Positions 49,062-63,572 of a stretch of 64,000 nt of DNA are shown one piece after another. The stretch lies in NCBI GenBank assembly GCA_963786105.1, contig CAWAXX010000014.1, positions 64,001 to 128,000 of the forward strand. The letters run 5' to 3'. The DNA is from Vulcanimicrobiota bacterium (GTDB lineage: Bacteria; Vulcanimicrobiota; Vulcanimicrobiia; Vulcanimicrobiales; Vulcanimicrobiaceae). The notes beneath the pieces were generated by a model. The model worked only from the letters and a program-made list of their open reading frames with translations. It did no database searches and was not told the DNA's origin. The stretch's first letter is position 1. Every line of letters begins with the position of its first letter. The position numbers and the translations under genes were made by a program.

Positions 49062-49956
49062 ATGCCGTCGGTAAGAGATCTTCGCGACCGGATACGGTCG
49101 CTGAAGAATACGCAGCAGATCACCAAGGCGATGAAGCAAGTCGCCGCGGCGAAGATTCGGCGCGCGGAAATGGCGCAACGGCAGGCGCGCCCGTACGCCG
49201 ACACGCTGGCCGAGATGCTGCACGATCTCATGCGGGCAGTCTCGCACGTCGATCATCCGTTCATGAAGCCCGGCAATCAAGGCGCACCAGCCGGGATCGT
49301 GTTAATGACGGCCGACAAGGGTTTGGCCGGGGCGTTCAACTCGAACATCGTCCGAGTCGCCGAGGCGTACGCGCGCGAGCGTGGTGACGTGCGGTACTAC
49401 ACGGTCGGCCTCAAGGCGCGTAACGCGGTGCGTCGTTGGGGCATCTCCGACCAACCTACCTGGCCACTCGGCACGTCTTCGAAACTCGACACGGCTCGTG
49501 CGGTGGCCAAGCAGGTATCGGACGATTTCACTCAAGGCGCCATTTCGAGCATAACGCTGATTTCGTCGAAGATGGTCTCGATGATGTCGCAGAAGCCGGA
49601 AACGCGCGAACTCGTGCCGATCGTAATGGACGCAACGTCCTTCGGCGACGAGCGCGCCGCTCGGCGTCGGCTCCGCCGAGGACGGTCCCCGCGGCGCCGT
49701 CGAGTTTTCGCCGTCGCCGGAGTTCGTGCTCTCGCGGCTTCTGCCGAAGTATCTCGAGTTCACCATTTACTCGGCGATGCTGGAAACCGATGCAGCCTTC
49801 TTCGCCGCGCAGCTCGTCGCCATGAGCAACGCCACCGACAACGCGTCGAAACTGATCGACGAGCTGACGATCGCGATGAATAACGCGCGTCAAGCCGCGA
49901 TCACCAAAGAACTGCTTGAAATCGTCGCCGGCGCCGAAGCGCTGGGCGTCGAATAA
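49062..49956 (+). CDS. atpG: ATP synthase subunit gamma, frameshifted near 49650-49680
   Basis: RIRSLKNTQQITKAM and DKGLAGAFN. The +1 frame carries AMSNATDNA...NNARQAAITKEL. Confidence 0.95.
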
Positions 49957-49990
49957 CCGTGGAATCCAAGAAAAGGAAGTTCGTGCAATA

Positions 49991-51461
<1,471 letters not shown>

Positions 51462-51473
51462 GCGCGCGGAAAC

Positions 51474-51893
51474 ATGGCCAACGCAATTCCGTTCAAACTG
51501 ATTACCCCGAAACAGGTCGTCTTCGACGGCGATGCCGAGTTGGTGATCGCCGTGACGACCGAGGGCGAGGAAGGAATTCTTCCCCAGCACGCTCCGTTTT
51601 TGGCCGCCCTGAAGCCCGGCGTGTTGCGGGCCAACGTCGTCAAAGAAGGCGCGGCATCGCGGCTCGAATTGGCGACCGGCGAGGGCTTCATGCAAGCGCT
51701 GCCCGATCGCGTGACCGTGCTGATCGACGAAGCCTTCCGCTTCGAGGACGTCGACGTCGCCAAGACGCGCGAAGAGCTCGCTTCGGCGGTCGACCGTCAA
51801 AGGGCCGACGCGGGCGATCCGGCGGCATTCGCTCGCGAACAGTCCGTCATCGACTTTGCCAACGCGAAGCTGCGCCTGACCGGGAGCCACTAA
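51474..51893 (+). CDS. atpC: ATP synthase subunit epsilon
   Basis: LITP and GILPQHAP motifs. Confidence 0.94.
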   Translation: MANAIPFKLITPKQVVFDGDAELVIAVTTEGEEGILPQHAPFLAALKPGVLRANVVKEGAASRLELATGEGFMQALPDRVTVLIDEAFRFEDVDVAKTREELASAVDRQRADAGDPAAFAREQSVIDFANAKLRLTGSH

Positions 51894-51936
51894 GAAGATT
51901 CCGGCGACCCGGTCGGCGAACCCGAGACGCAGCAAT

Positions 51937-53290
51937 ATGCTCGATCGGTTAGAGACGACGCTCCGCGTCCGAGGCGGCGCGCGGTTGGAAGGTTCGGTGG
52001 CAACCCACGGGGCGAAAAACGCCGCGCTGCCGATCATGGCGGCCGCGTTGCTGGCCAAGGGCACGGTCACGCTCGGTCGAGTCCCGCGCATTACCGACGT
52101 CTCGGTGATGTGGTCGTTGCTTGAAGCGCTGGGCGCTCGCATCCGGTACGAAGGCGACAACACCATTACGATCGATGCGGGCAACGTCGCGTCATACCGC
52201 GCACCGTACGCGCTGGTTCGTAAGCTTGCAGCCTCGTTCGATATCGTCGGTCCGCTGCTGGGTCGATTCGGGCGTGCCGAGGTACCGTTGCCCGGCGGAT
52301 GCGTGCTCGGCACCCGCGCGACCGACATGCACGAGCAAGCCTTCGTCGCATTGGGATGCGAGGTGCGCAACGCGCACGGATACTTGATCGCCGAATCGAA
52401 ACACCGCCGTCTGCAGGGGAGCACCGTCGACTTTCGCTTACCCAGCGTCGGCGCGACGAAGAATGCGATGCTGGCCGCGTCGGTCGCCGAAGGCGTGACG
52501 ACGTTGAAGAACGTGGCAATGGAGCCCGAAGTCGTCGATCTCGCGAACTTCTTGGTGGCGATGGGCGCGAAGATTGCAAGGCCAAGGAACCGACACGATC
52601 GTGATCCATGGCGTCGACGAACTGCACGGCACGGAGTATGAAATCATTCCCGACCGGATCGTCACCGGCACGTTGCTGCTGGCGGGCGCGATCACGCGCG
52701 GCGACGTTACCGTGACCGGTTGCCGTCCCGAGCATCTACGCAGCACGCTGGACAAGTTCGTCGAATGCGGCGTCGTTACGACCACCGGCGAGGATTGGAT
52801 TCGCGTGCAGGCCGACGGTATCACCGGCGGCACCGACGTTCTCACCGCTCCGCATCCCGGCTTCCCCACCGATCTTCAGCCGCAAATGGTGGGATTTCTC
52901 ACGACCTGTCCGGGCACGAGCGTCGTCGAAGAGTCGATCTTCAACGCGCGATTTTCGTATGTGAACGAACTGGCTCGCATGGGCGCCGACGTCAAGGTCA
53001 CGATGGAAAGTAACGCGGCCGTCATCAAGGGCGTCGCCCAACTCTCCGGCGCTCCGGTCGAAGCACCGGACATTCGTGCCGGAGCCGGCCTCGTCGTCGC
53101 CGGTCTCGCGGCTGCGGGCGAGACCGAAATCATTGGCCTCGAATATATCGATCGCGGCTACGAGCGGTTGGAGGAGCTGCTTTCGGAACTGGGTGGCCAA
53201 GTGCAGCGCAGCAGCGGCGTCACCCCACTGGTCGAACCAACCGGCTTTTTCGAAACAAGCGCGTACCCACGCGTATCGGCAACAGGATAG
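51937..53290 (+). CDS. murA: UDP-GlcNAc 1-carboxyvinyltransferase, frameshifted near 52576
   Basis: GAKNAALP, LPGGC and SVGAT. The +1 frame carries IPDRI, PGFPTDLQ and IDRGYE. Confidence 0.95.
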
Positions 53291-53412
53291 GAAACACAGG
53301 AACCGCAGATCTATTCCAGATCGAAAGACGAGGGTCGAAAGTGTTACGACGGGGTAAATGAGACTCCGCGACGGCGCAGCTAGGATGACGTGCGATTCCT
53401 AAACGGGAGTGA

Positions 53413-54396
<984 letters not shown>

Positions 54397-54411
54397 ACGG
54401 GGTCTCTTAGG

Positions 54412-55078
54412 ATGAGCATCGGCACGGTTCTCGACGCGCGCACTGAGGCGATGGCTGACGTTATCGAGGCGGTCGCGCGAACCGTCTTCGCCGGCGGAAC
54501 GGTGATTTTCCCAAACGACACCAGTTACGGGATCGGGTGCGACCCCTATCGCTCCGAAGCAATCGACCGCATCTATGCGGCGAAGGGCCGCCCGGACAAC
54601 CGCCCGCTCACGATGCACGTGGCGATCGGCTCAGGAGTTCCTAGAGTACGCCGGAGATAATCCGTTGGCTGTGATCGCTGCCAAACGGCTCCTGCCGGGT
54701 CCGGTTATCCTACTGGTCGGCAAGCCGCGGTTTATCAGCGACGAGCTCGCCGCCGGATTGCAAACGCTCGCGTTTCGCGTTCCGGACGACCCGTTCGCTC
54801 GAGCGCTGCTCGAGCGCTGCGGGCCTCTGGCCGGAACCACGGTGAATCGAAGCGGACAGTCGCGATATCTGGGCGACGACGATCGTTCGATGCTGCCGCC
54901 GGCGGATCTGTTGGTCGAGCACGGACCGACTCACTACGACAGCGAATCGTCCATCGTCGATCTCACCGGTTCGCACGCGCGTTTATTGCGCGAGGGTGTG
55001 ATCCGGGCGGGGCGCCTCGCGGAACTCTTGGGCCCGATCGAACGTCCTACGATAAAGGTGCGCAGCCGACCATCATGA
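54412..55078 (+). CDS. Sua5/YrdC/TsaC-family protein, frameshifted near 54626
   Basis: VIFPNDTSYG and KGRP. The +1 frame carries LPGP, FRVPD, SSIVDL and LLREG. Motifs are somewhat divergent. Confidence 0.85.
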
Positions 55079-55846
55079 TTCGCTCCATTTCCGGACTCGT
55101 TGCCGCCGTGGGCCTTGCGACGGCGTTTGCATCGGCAGCGTCGCCATTGCCCGCGCCCACCGCGGCCCCGCGACAGAGTCCACCGTCCGTTGCACCGGCC
55201 GCCCGCACGGTTGCCCGCACCGGCGGCCCCGGCCGGCGCCGGCGCGGCGTTCGACTTAGGCGTCTGGACGGTGCACGCGAGTTCGGTCGATGCGAACTTC
55301 AAGACCGGCGACTTCTCGACGCCCGCTAAAGTCGTCATGACGCGCGAAGGCGGCGACGTCACCGCCGACCGCGCCAACGGCAACTACAAGACGCAGATCG
55401 TGAATCTCGTCGGGCACGTCGTGATGCACGACTCGCAGGGCAGTTACGGCGGTATCGGCGCCGGAGGCGACAACTCCAACGGTCCTTCGACGCTGACCGC
55501 GGACAAAGCCGAAATCGACGGATCGGCCAAGGTGTACAAAGCGATCGGCAACGTGCACTACGTGCAAGCCGATACGATCGTCGATTCCGACAACGGTACG
55601 CTCAACGACGCCACTCACGACTTACTCTTGCAAGGGAACGTCCGCATCGTGCAGGGCATGCGCAAGGTGAACGCACAGAACGTCGTGTACAATACCGTCA
55701 CCGATAAGGCCCACGCCTCAGGCAACGTCACCATGCAGTTTCCCGGACAGCTGCACCGCGGTCTGGCCACACCCAAGCCGCTCAACGTGCCGAAGAATCC
55801 TCTCACCAAACCGGCGGCCGCAACACCGGCGCCGCCCCGCGCTTGA
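55075..55846 (+). CDS. LptA/OstA-family beta-jellyroll protein, frameshifted near 55204
   Basis: Signal peptide and Pro/Ala linker. The +1 frame carries VTADRA, LVGHV, LTADKA, AIGNV, LQGNV and ASGNV repeats. Confidence 0.8.
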
Positions 55847-55886
55847 GGAACCTCTGACGCGGTCGCTCTTCGAGTCGCCCGACTCG

Positions 55887-57150
55887 ATGCCGCTGGCAGC
55901 ACGGATGCGACCGCGGACGTTCGACGAGTTCGTCGGACAAGACGACATCCTCGGTCCCGGACGAGCGCTGCGTCGCGCGATCGAAAACGACGCGGTGCCG
56001 TCGATGATTCTGTGGGGACCGCCCGGTACCGGAAAAACCACGCTTGCCGAGTTGGTCGCGCGCATGACCGGCTCGCATTACGAGCGCATCTCGGCCGTCA
56101 GCGCCGGCGTTGCCGATTTGCGTCGCATCGTTAGCGAATCGCAAGTGCGCCGTCGTGGCGGACGCCGTTCGGTGCTGTTCATCGACGAGATTCACCGCTT
56201 CAACAAAGCGCAACAGGACGCGGTGCTGCCCTACGTTGAGGACGGTACGATTACGCTCATCGGCGCGACCACCGAGAATCCGTCGTTCGAAGTCAATTCC
56301 GCGCTGTTGTCTCGCGCGCGCGTTTTCGTTTTAAAGCACCTATCGGACGAAGACGTGGGAAGAATCGTCGATCGCGCGGTGGCCGATTCCGAACGCGGTC
56401 TCGGGCGGCTGCACGTGCGTCTCGACGACGCCGCCAGAGTCACGCTGACCGGACTGGCCAACGGTGACGCGCGGTCGGCGCTCAACGCTCTCGAGTTTGC
56501 CGCCGCTTCGGCGCCCGAGCGCGACGGGATTCGAGACGTTTCGAAGCAGCTGGTTACCGAGGCGATGCAGCGCCGGGGTTCGGTTTACGACAAAGGCGGC
56601 GAAGCGCACTACGATACCATCAGCGCGTTCATCAAGTCGGTGCGAGCCAGCGATCCGGACGCCGCCGTCTATTGGCTCGCACGCATGCTCGACGGCGGCG
56701 AAGATCCGTTCTTCGTCGCGCGACGTCTCGTGATTCTCGCCTCGGAAGACGTCGGTCTGGCCGATTCGCGCGGCCTGCAGGTGGCGATCGCCGCGCAACA
56801 GGCAGTCCACTTCGTCGGAATGCCCGAAGGCTTCTTTCCGCTCGCGCACGCGACGCTCTATCTGGCTGCAGCGCCCAAAAGCAATAGCGTCGGCCGCGCC
56901 TACGGGGCGGCGATGGAAGACGTGCGGGAAACCCGGAACGATCCCGTACCGCTGCACTCTGCGCAATGCGCCGACCGGATTGATGCGCGGACTCGGCTAT
57001 GGCAAGGACTACCACTACGCGCACGACGATTATGACGTCGTGCAGGTCAATCTTCCGGAAAATTTGAGCAAGCGCCGCTACTATTCGCCCGGCAAAACAG
57101 GCGACGAGTCGGCCATCGCCGAGAGGTTAAAAAAAAGGCGGGTCGAGTAA
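55887..57150 (+). CDS. rarA: Replication-associated recombination protein A, frameshifted near 56958
   Basis: PLAARMRP, WGPPGTGKT, DEIHRFNKAQQD and SEDVG. The +1 frame carries LRNAPT..GYGKDYHYAHD and ends in TAA at 57150. Confidence 0.95.
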
Positions 57151-57245
57151 TCTCGAACCGCCTCTTTTCCCGTTGCTACTTCTCGGAGTTGTGCGTTGGA
57201 GCTTCGCACGAGAGTTATGATAAAACCCCACGCTGGGAGCGCCCT

Positions 57246-58414
57246 GTGAGTCGAAAAAATTTGGAGCGAATCTACCTCGACTACGCCGCCACGACGCCAT
57301 TGAGGACCGAGGTCATCGATGCGATGCAAACCGCCGTTTGCGATGCCAACTTCAACCCGAGTTCGCTGCACGCCGAAGGCCGCCGGACGCGCGCACTACT
57401 CGACGACGCTCGCGACCGCGTTGCGTCGGCGCTCGGCGCTGTCGCGAAAGGAAATTACGTTTACCGGCAGCGGGACCGAGGCCGACAACCTGGCGCTGTG
57501 CGGCGTCGTGCGTGCGCTTGGCGGCAAAGGGCACGTCGTGGTGAGCGCGATCGAGCATCACGCGGTTTTGCATGCGGCCCGCGACCTGCGCGAAGCGGGC
57601 TGCGACGTCACCGTGTTGCGCGTCGATTCGCGAGGCCTCGTCGATCCGGACGAGTTTGCCGCGGCAATTCGCAAGGACACGTTGGTGGCTTCGATCATGT
57701 ACGCCAATAACGAAATCGGGACCGTGCAGCCGATCGACCGCTTTGCCGAAATCGCACGCGAACGCGGCGTCGTTCTTTCACACGGACGCCGTGCAGGCAC
57801 CCGCCTGGTTACCGATCGACATGCGAGCGCTCGGCGTCGATCTGCTATCGTTGTCGAGCCACAAGTTCTACGGCCCAAAGGGCGTCGGCGTGCTGTACGT
57901 GCGCCACGGCACGCCGATCGTGCCGGTGATCGCCGGAGGCGGTCAAGAGTTCGGACGGCGGTCGGGAACCGAGAATGTCGCCGGTGCCGTCGGTGCGGCC
58001 GCCGCGTTGGAGCTGGCGACGACGGAGCGGGCGGCGAAGTCGTTGCGGATCGGTGCTCTGCGCGATCGCCTCGAGGCGGGCCTGACGGCCGCGATTCCGG
58101 ACATCGTCATCAACGCGAGCGCAGCGTTACGGCTGCCGAGCATCTCCAGCGCGAGCTTTGCCGGCATCGATCCCGCAGCGTTGCTGATGCGGCTCGACCT
58201 GGAAGGCGTCGCGGTTTCGGCGGGCAGCGCGTGCACGTCGGGCACGCTGGAGCCGAGTCACGTGATCGCCGCCCTTCGCCCCGGCGTCGATTCGGAGGCC
58301 ACCATCCGCTTTTCCCTGGGCGGGCCAACGACCGAGGCCGAAATCGACCGGGTCTTAGCGATCCTGCCGCCGGTCGCGGCCGCCTTGCGCCGGCCGGCCG
58401 AAACTCCTGCGTAA
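57246..58414 (+). CDS. iscS: Cysteine desulfurase (IscS/NifS), two frameshifts (near 57441 and 57775)
   Basis: IYLDYAATTP and NPSSLH / FTGSGTEADN and ANNEIGT / HTDAVQA, SSHKFYGPKG and SAGSAC lie in three successive frames. Confidence 0.93.
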
Positions 58415-58507
58415 GTATTGGCACGAGAAAGGGGATACTGAGAGGGAGGCCCGAATCGGCAGCGCTCGGTTGCCTGACGCTTGCGCGCGCAAATGGAGAA
58501 ATTGGCT

Positions 58508-58924
58508 GTGAATTCGACGGTAATCGGGGTCCTTGTGCTGGATGTCTTAGCCGGGGTTGGGGTGCTGCTCGCCGGCATCGGCGTTCTCATCGGCATGCTG
58601 GCATTGGCGAAGACGCTCTCGCGCGTGAACGTCACCCTCGACGGCGTCGACCGGCAACTCGAAAACTTGGGCGAACCGGTCGCGAAGACCCTCGGTCACG
58701 TCGACGGGATCGCCGATACCGCCGACCGGACGCTGGCGCGCTTGAGCGGCGTTGCGAGCTCGCTCGAGGACGTTGCGGGGAGCGTTTCGCAGACGGCGCA
58801 ACTCGCCAAAGACGCGCTGACGCCGGCAATCGTCAACGTCGGCACGACCATTACCGGGATCAGCAGTGGTTTGCGGCGTCTGGTAACGGGAAAGAAGGCA
58901 ACTGACCAATCCCAACAGGAGTAG
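58508..58924 (+). CDS. DUF948/YoxC-like membrane-anchored protein
   Basis: N-terminal TM followed by heptad helices, directly before a YtxH protein. GGAG RBS precedes GTG 58508. Confidence 0.7.
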   Translation: MNSTVIGVLVLDVLAGVGVLLAGIGVLIGMLALAKTLSRVNVTLDGVDRQLENLGEPVAKTLGHVDGIADTADRTLARLSGVASSLEDVAGSVSQTAQLAKDALTPAIVNVGTTITGISSGLRRLVTGKKATDQSQQE

Positions 58925-58930
58925 GTTTTT

Positions 58931-59269
58931 ATGGCTAACGGCAGAGGCGGAGGATTCTTCGCCGGTTTTCTTTTAGGTTCGATCGTCGGCGGTGCGGCGG
59001 CAGTGCTTCTCACGCAGGAAGAAACGCGCGACTTACTCGTCGGCAAAGCGCGCGAAGCCGGCAATCTCGCCAAGGACGCGACCGACGATTTGCGCGGTAA
59101 GGTCAACGACGTCACCTCGCAGTGGCAATCGAGCGCGTCGGATCTCTACGAACGTGGAAAACACGTGGTCGATAGCGCACGAGCGAACGTCGATGCGGCC
59201 GTCGACGAGGGGAAGAGCAGCGCTGCACGGGCGCACGACGAACTGACGCAACAGGCCCGGGAGCAGTGA
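58931..59269 (+). CDS. YtxH-domain protein
   Basis: FFAGFLLGSIVGGAAAVLL....ETR motif. Confidence 0.85.
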   Translation: MANGRGGGFFAGFLLGSIVGGAAAVLLTQEETRDLLVGKAREAGNLAKDATDDLRGKVNDVTSQWQSSASDLYERGKHVVDSARANVDAAVDEGKSSAARAHDELTQQAREQ

Positions 59270-59616
59270 TCTTGGATATCAAAGTGCACGTCCGCGAGGC
59301 GCCCGGAGACTGCTATGTGGTCGATTTGAGCGGAGAAATCGACGTGTACACGTCGCCGAAGGTAAAAGATTCGATCGGCGAGCTCATCGATCGAGGAGTG
59401 TACCATCTGGTCATCAATCTCGAAAAGGTTCGCTACATCGATTCGACCGGTTTGGGCGTGTTGATCGGCGGATTGAAACGCGTGCGCGAGCACGGCGGCT
59501 CGGTGAATCTCGTGTGCACCAATCCGCAGATCAAGAAAATCTTCGACATCACCGGTCTGGTCAAGATCTTCGGTATCTTCGATAGCGAAGAGGCGGCGAT
59601 GAAGGCTTTGGTGTGA
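59266..59616 (+). CDS. STAS anti-sigma factor antagonist (RsbV/SpoIIAA-like)
   Basis: GEIDVYT, YIDSTGLGVL and IFDITGL motifs. Confidence 0.95.
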   Translation: MILDIKVHVREAPGDCYVVDLSGEIDVYTSPKVKDSIGELIDRGVYHLVINLEKVRYIDSTGLGVLIGGLKRVREHGGSVNLVCTNPQIKKIFDITGLVKIFGIFDSEEAAMKALV

Positions 59617-60053
59617 ATCCGGCCATCGAACGCCAATCGGTGCGTGAAATCGTCGAGTTGCGCGTTCCCAGCAAGGCGGAGTGGGTAGCGCTGATTCGCC
59701 TTGCGACGGCCGCCGTTGCCAACCGGCTCAAGTTTTCGATCGAAGATATCGAAGACGTGAAGCTCGCCGTAGCCGAAGCGTGCACCGCGGTAATCCAGCA
59801 CGACGGCCACGGCGAGTTTATCGAAGTAACCTGCGAGGTGTCGGCTGACGCTCTGTACCTGCGCGTGCACGACGCGGGGCGCCAGGTGCCGCACACGGAT
59901 GCGAGCCGTAGCATGGATTTCGACGAGGCGCGCGTTGCCGGACTCGGCGTGTTTTTGATTCGTACGCTAATGGACGAAGTGAGTTACGACGTCCACCCGG
60001 AATTGGGCACCGACCTGCGGATGGTGAAAAAACTCCCCGGTCGCCCCGGCTGA
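59613..60053 (+). CDS. Anti-sigma factor / Ser kinase (RsbW-like)
   Basis: IEDVKLAVAEACT, VHDAG and GLGVFLIRTLMDEV motifs. Confidence 0.93.
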   Translation: MNPAIERQSVREIVELRVPSKAEWVALIRLATAAVANRLKFSIEDIEDVKLAVAEACTAVIQHDGHGEFIEVTCEVSADALYLRVHDAGRQVPHTDASRSMDFDEARVAGLGVFLIRTLMDEVSYDVHPELGTDLRMVKKLPGRPG

Positions 60054-60054
60054 A

Positions 60055-60859
60055 GTGCAGGAACGGATTGATTCGCGTCCGGATCGCGAACGCACGCGAG
60101 CGCTCTTCACGCGCTTTATCGCGGTGCGCGAGCGGCTGGCGCAAGACGGTGGCGAGCCGGACTCCGAGTACGAGCGGTTGCGCGACGAGCTGGTCGTCGC
60201 GCACTTGAACCTGGCGCGATTTCTTGCGGTGAAGTTTGCGAACCGCGGCGAGCCGCTCGACGATTTAGTCCAAGTAGGGACGGTGGGGTTGCTCAAGGCG
60301 ATCGACCGTTTCGATACGGAGCGTGGGGTCGAGTTCACCACCTACGCGACGCCGACGATCGTTGGCGAGATCAAACGCTACTTTCGCGATAAGGGTTGGG
60401 CGGTCAAAGTACCGCGTCGTCTGCAAGAGCTCAACCTCGCAGTGAATCGCGCCGGCGACAAGCTGGCGATCGAACTCGGCCGCAGTCCGACGGTTGCCGA
60501 GCTCGCCGCCGCGCTATCCGCCGGCGAAGAAGAAATTCTGGAGGCGCAGGAACTCGGACAGGCATACAACCTCCTGTCGCTCGACAGCGAAGTCTCCGGC
60601 GAAACGGACCGGAAGACGCAAACCCTCTCCGACACCGTCGGCGTGTCGGATGCGCGGACTGGAACTGCTCGAAGACCGGGCCAATCTCGAGCGCGCATTC
60701 GGCGTGCTGTCGGGCCGCGAGCGCGTGATCATTTACCTGCGCTTCTACGAGTCGGTCTCGCAAACGGAGATCGCCAAGCGGTTGAACGTCTCGCAGATGC
60801 ACGTCTCGCGTCTCCAAGCAAAGGCGTTGGAGAAGCTCCGATCCGTCCTGGCGGAGTAA
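60055..60859 (+). CDS. SigB/SigF/SigG-family sigma factor, frameshifted near 60655
   Basis: DDLVQVGTVGLLKAIDRFD and PTIVGEIKRYFRD. The +1 frame carries region 4, SQTEIAKRLNVSQMHVSRL. Confidence 0.93.
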
Positions 60860-60962
60860 GGCCCCGCGTCCTCGTGAGCGGAGCGCCCGCGTAGTCGAGG
60901 GACGCTAATCCGACCAAGGCCCAGGAGCGGCGGCCCGGTTTCTGCTATCATTTCCCGTTGAA

Positions 60963-63572
60963 ATGAAAAGTCAGGAACTCCGCCAAGCCTGGATCGATTT
61001 CTTTGTGGCCAAGCAGCACCGGCTGCTGCCGCCGGCGAGCCTCGTCCCCCATGAAATGTCGACGACGCTCTTTACGATCGCGGGCATGGAACAGTTCGTC
61101 CCGATTTTTCTTGGGGAGCAGCCGGCTCCGGCGCCGCGCGCAGTGACGATTCAGCGCTGCTTGCGGGTGGCCGGCGCCAAAAGCGACATTGAAAACGTCG
61201 GACGAACCGGACGTCATGGCACCTTTCTCGAGATGCTCGGCAACTTCAGTTTCGGCGACTATTACAAACGCGAAGCGATCGCGTGGGCGTGGGAGTTCTC
61301 AACGACCGTGCTTCGTCTGGATCCCGCGCGTCTGTACGTCACGGTCCACACCGGTGACGATGAAGCCGAGCAGATTTGGACCCGGGACGTCGGACTCGAG
61401 AGCTCGCGCATCACGCGTTTCGACGACGACAACTTCTGGACGATGGGCCTGACCGGTCCGTGCGGGCCGTGCACGGAGCTCTTCTACGATCTCGGCGAGC
61501 GGTACGCGAGCGGTCCCGATGACGACGGTCCGAACAAGGGCAATCGTTTCGTCGAGTTTTGGAACGTGGTGTTCCAGCAATACAACCGGACCTCGGACGG
61601 TACGCTCGGCGAACTTCCGCGCAAGGCGATCGACACCGGAGCCGGTTTCGAGCGCATGCTGGCCATTTGCAACGGCAAGGCCTCGATGTACGACACCGAC
61701 CTTTTTACCGATTTGGTGGCGGCTCAACCCGCCGTCGGACAAACCTCGTTGCTGGAGGCCGAACGGCACGTGCGGCGCAACATTATCGCCGATCACGCTC
61801 GCGCGGTGACGTTCTTGATTAACGACGGCGTCTATCCGTCGAACACCGAGCGCGGCTACGTGCTACGCTTTCTCATTCGGCGTGCCATCCGCAACGGACG
61901 ATTGCTCGGGTATCCCGACGGCTTTCTTACCAATTTGGTTCCGGCGGTCGTCGCATCGCTCGAAGCCGGGTATCCCGAACTGCGCCAGAACGTAGCGCGG
62001 ATCGCGTCGGCGCTCATGAGCGAGGAGCGCACGTTCGATCGTACCCTCGAGCGCGGGATGACGATGCTCGATCGGCTGATCGACGATGCGACCGCCGATG
62101 GGACGAAGGCGCTTTGCGGCGACGCGGCGTTTCAACTTCACGACACATACGGTTTTCCGATCGAGCTGACGCGCGAGGTCGCGGGCGAACGCGGCGTCAC
62201 CGTCGACGCCGCCGGATTCGAGCGGCTCATGGACGAACAGCGCGAGCGCGCGCGCAGCGACGCCGCGTCCAAGCGAGCCGAGGTCGCCGTGACCGACGTA
62301 CCCGCGATCGAAAGCGAGTTCACCGGCTACGAAGGGCTCGAAGGCACCGGGAACGTGGTGGCCGCGCTCGAGGGCGAGCGGCCCGTTGCGGCGTTGAACG
62401 AAGGCGAAGAAGGCACGCTGATTCTCGATGCGTCGTCGTTCTATGCCGAACGCGGCGGGCAGATCGGAGATCGCGGAACCATCGTCGGGCCCGACGGCAC
62501 GTTCGAGGTGCGCGATACGCAGTTTCTGGGCGAGGCGATCGCGCACCAAGGAGTCGTCGCTAGGGGAAGGATTGCGAACGGCGATCGGGTTCGCACCGCC
62601 GTGCACGAATGGTGGCGCCGCGAAATCCGACGCCATCATACGTCGGCGCACCTGCTCCAGCGCGCCCTCAAAGACGTGCTCGGCGACGACGTCAACCAGG
62701 CCGGCTCGTGGGTGGGAATCGATCGAATGCGATTCGACTTCCGATGGGGCGGCGGCGCGCTGAACGGCGAACAGAAGCGCGCCGTGGCGCGACGCGTGAA
62801 CGAAATGATCCGCGACGATTCGCATCTGGTGACCCGCGTTCTGCCGTTGGAAGAGGCCAAGCGCACCGGCGCGATTTGGATGGCGGGGGAGAAATACGGC
62901 GACCAAATTCGAGTCGTCAGCGCCGGCCCGTCCGTGGAGTTCTGCGGCGGTACGCACTCGCACTCCACCGGCGAGCTCGGAATGTTTGTGATTCTTTCGG
63001 AGTTTTCGATCGGCAGCGGGATTCGCCGCATCGAGTCGTGCGTTTCGCAGGCGGCCGAGGAGTTCGTCGAGCGACAAAGCGATCTGGTGGGGAGCCTGTC
63101 TTCGTCGCTTGCAACCTCTCCCGACGAGTTGGGCGAGCGCGTCGGAAAGCTCCAGCGCGAAGTGCGAGACCTGCAAACGGCGCTCGGGCAGCTCAAAGCG
63201 CGCCTGGCATCCGCCGACGCGCAGGCGTACGTGGAAAAAGCCGAGCGCAAAGGCGGGCGCACGTTCGTGGGCGCGATCGTGCACGAAGCCAACGCGGATG
63301 CGCTGCGTCAGTTGACGCATGCGATTCGCAGCCGGCTGCCGAGCGGGGCGATCGCGCTCGCCGGCATCGATGGGGACAGCGTCAACCTGCTAGTCAGCGC
63401 GAGCGACGATCTGGTGAAAGCGGGACTGCACGCCGGGAACTTGGTGAAACTAGCGGCGCCCCTGATCGGCGGCAAGGGCGGTGGCCAGCCAGCGCAAGCG
63501 CAGGGCGGCGGAAAGGACGTCGATGGTGCCGGCGCTGCCTTGCAAGCAATTCGCGAGGCGGTCTTGGCGTGA
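60963..63572 (+). CDS. alaS: Alanine--tRNA ligase
   Basis: RHGTFLEMLGNFSFGDY, IDTGAGFER, FYAERGGQ, FCGGTH and GGKGGG motifs. Confidence 0.98.
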   Translation: MKSQELRQAWIDFFVAKQHRLLPPASLVPHEMSTTLFTIAGMEQFVPIFLGEQPAPAPRAVTIQRCLRVAGAKSDIENVGRTGRHGTFLEMLGNFSFGDYYKREAIAWAWEFSTTVLRLDPARLYVTVHTGDDEAEQIWTRDVGLESSRITRFDDDNFWTMGLTGPCGPCTELFYDLGERYASGPDDDGPNKGNRFVEFWNVVFQQYNRTSDGTLGELPRKAIDTGAGFERMLAICNGKASMYDTDLFTDLVAAQPAVGQTSLLEAERHVRRNIIADHARAVTFLINDGVYPSNTERGYVLRFLIRRAIRNGRLLGYPDGFLTNLVPAVVASLEAGYPELRQNVARIASALMSEERTFDRTLERGMTMLDRLIDDATADGTKALCGDAAFQLHDTYGFPIELTREVAGERGVTVDAAGFERLMDEQRERARSDAASKRAEVAVTDVPAIESEFTGYEGLEGTGNVVAALEGERPVAALNEGEEGTLILDASSFYAERGGQIGDRGTIVGPDGTFEVRDTQFLGEAIAHQGVVARGRIANGDRVRTAVHEWWRREIRRHHTSAHLLQRALKDVLGDDVNQAGSWVGIDRMRFDFRWGGGALNGEQKRAVARRVNEMIRDDSHLVTRVLPLEEAKRTGAIWMAGEKYGDQIRVVSAGPSVEFCGGTHSHSTGELGMFVILSEFSIGSGIRRIESCVSQAAEEFVERQSDLVGSLSSSLATSPDELGERVGKLQREVRDLQTALGQLKARLASADAQAYVEKAERKGGRTFVGAIVHEANADALRQLTHAIRSRLPSGAIALAGIDGDSVNLLVSASDDLVKAGLHAGNLVKLAAPLIGGKGGGQPAQAQGGGKDVDGAGAALQAIREAVLA

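Noticed and set aside
58411..58438. SigB-type promoter (GTAA/GTATT...GGGGAT) upstream of DUF948
   Set aside because: Only a loose match with uncertain spacing.
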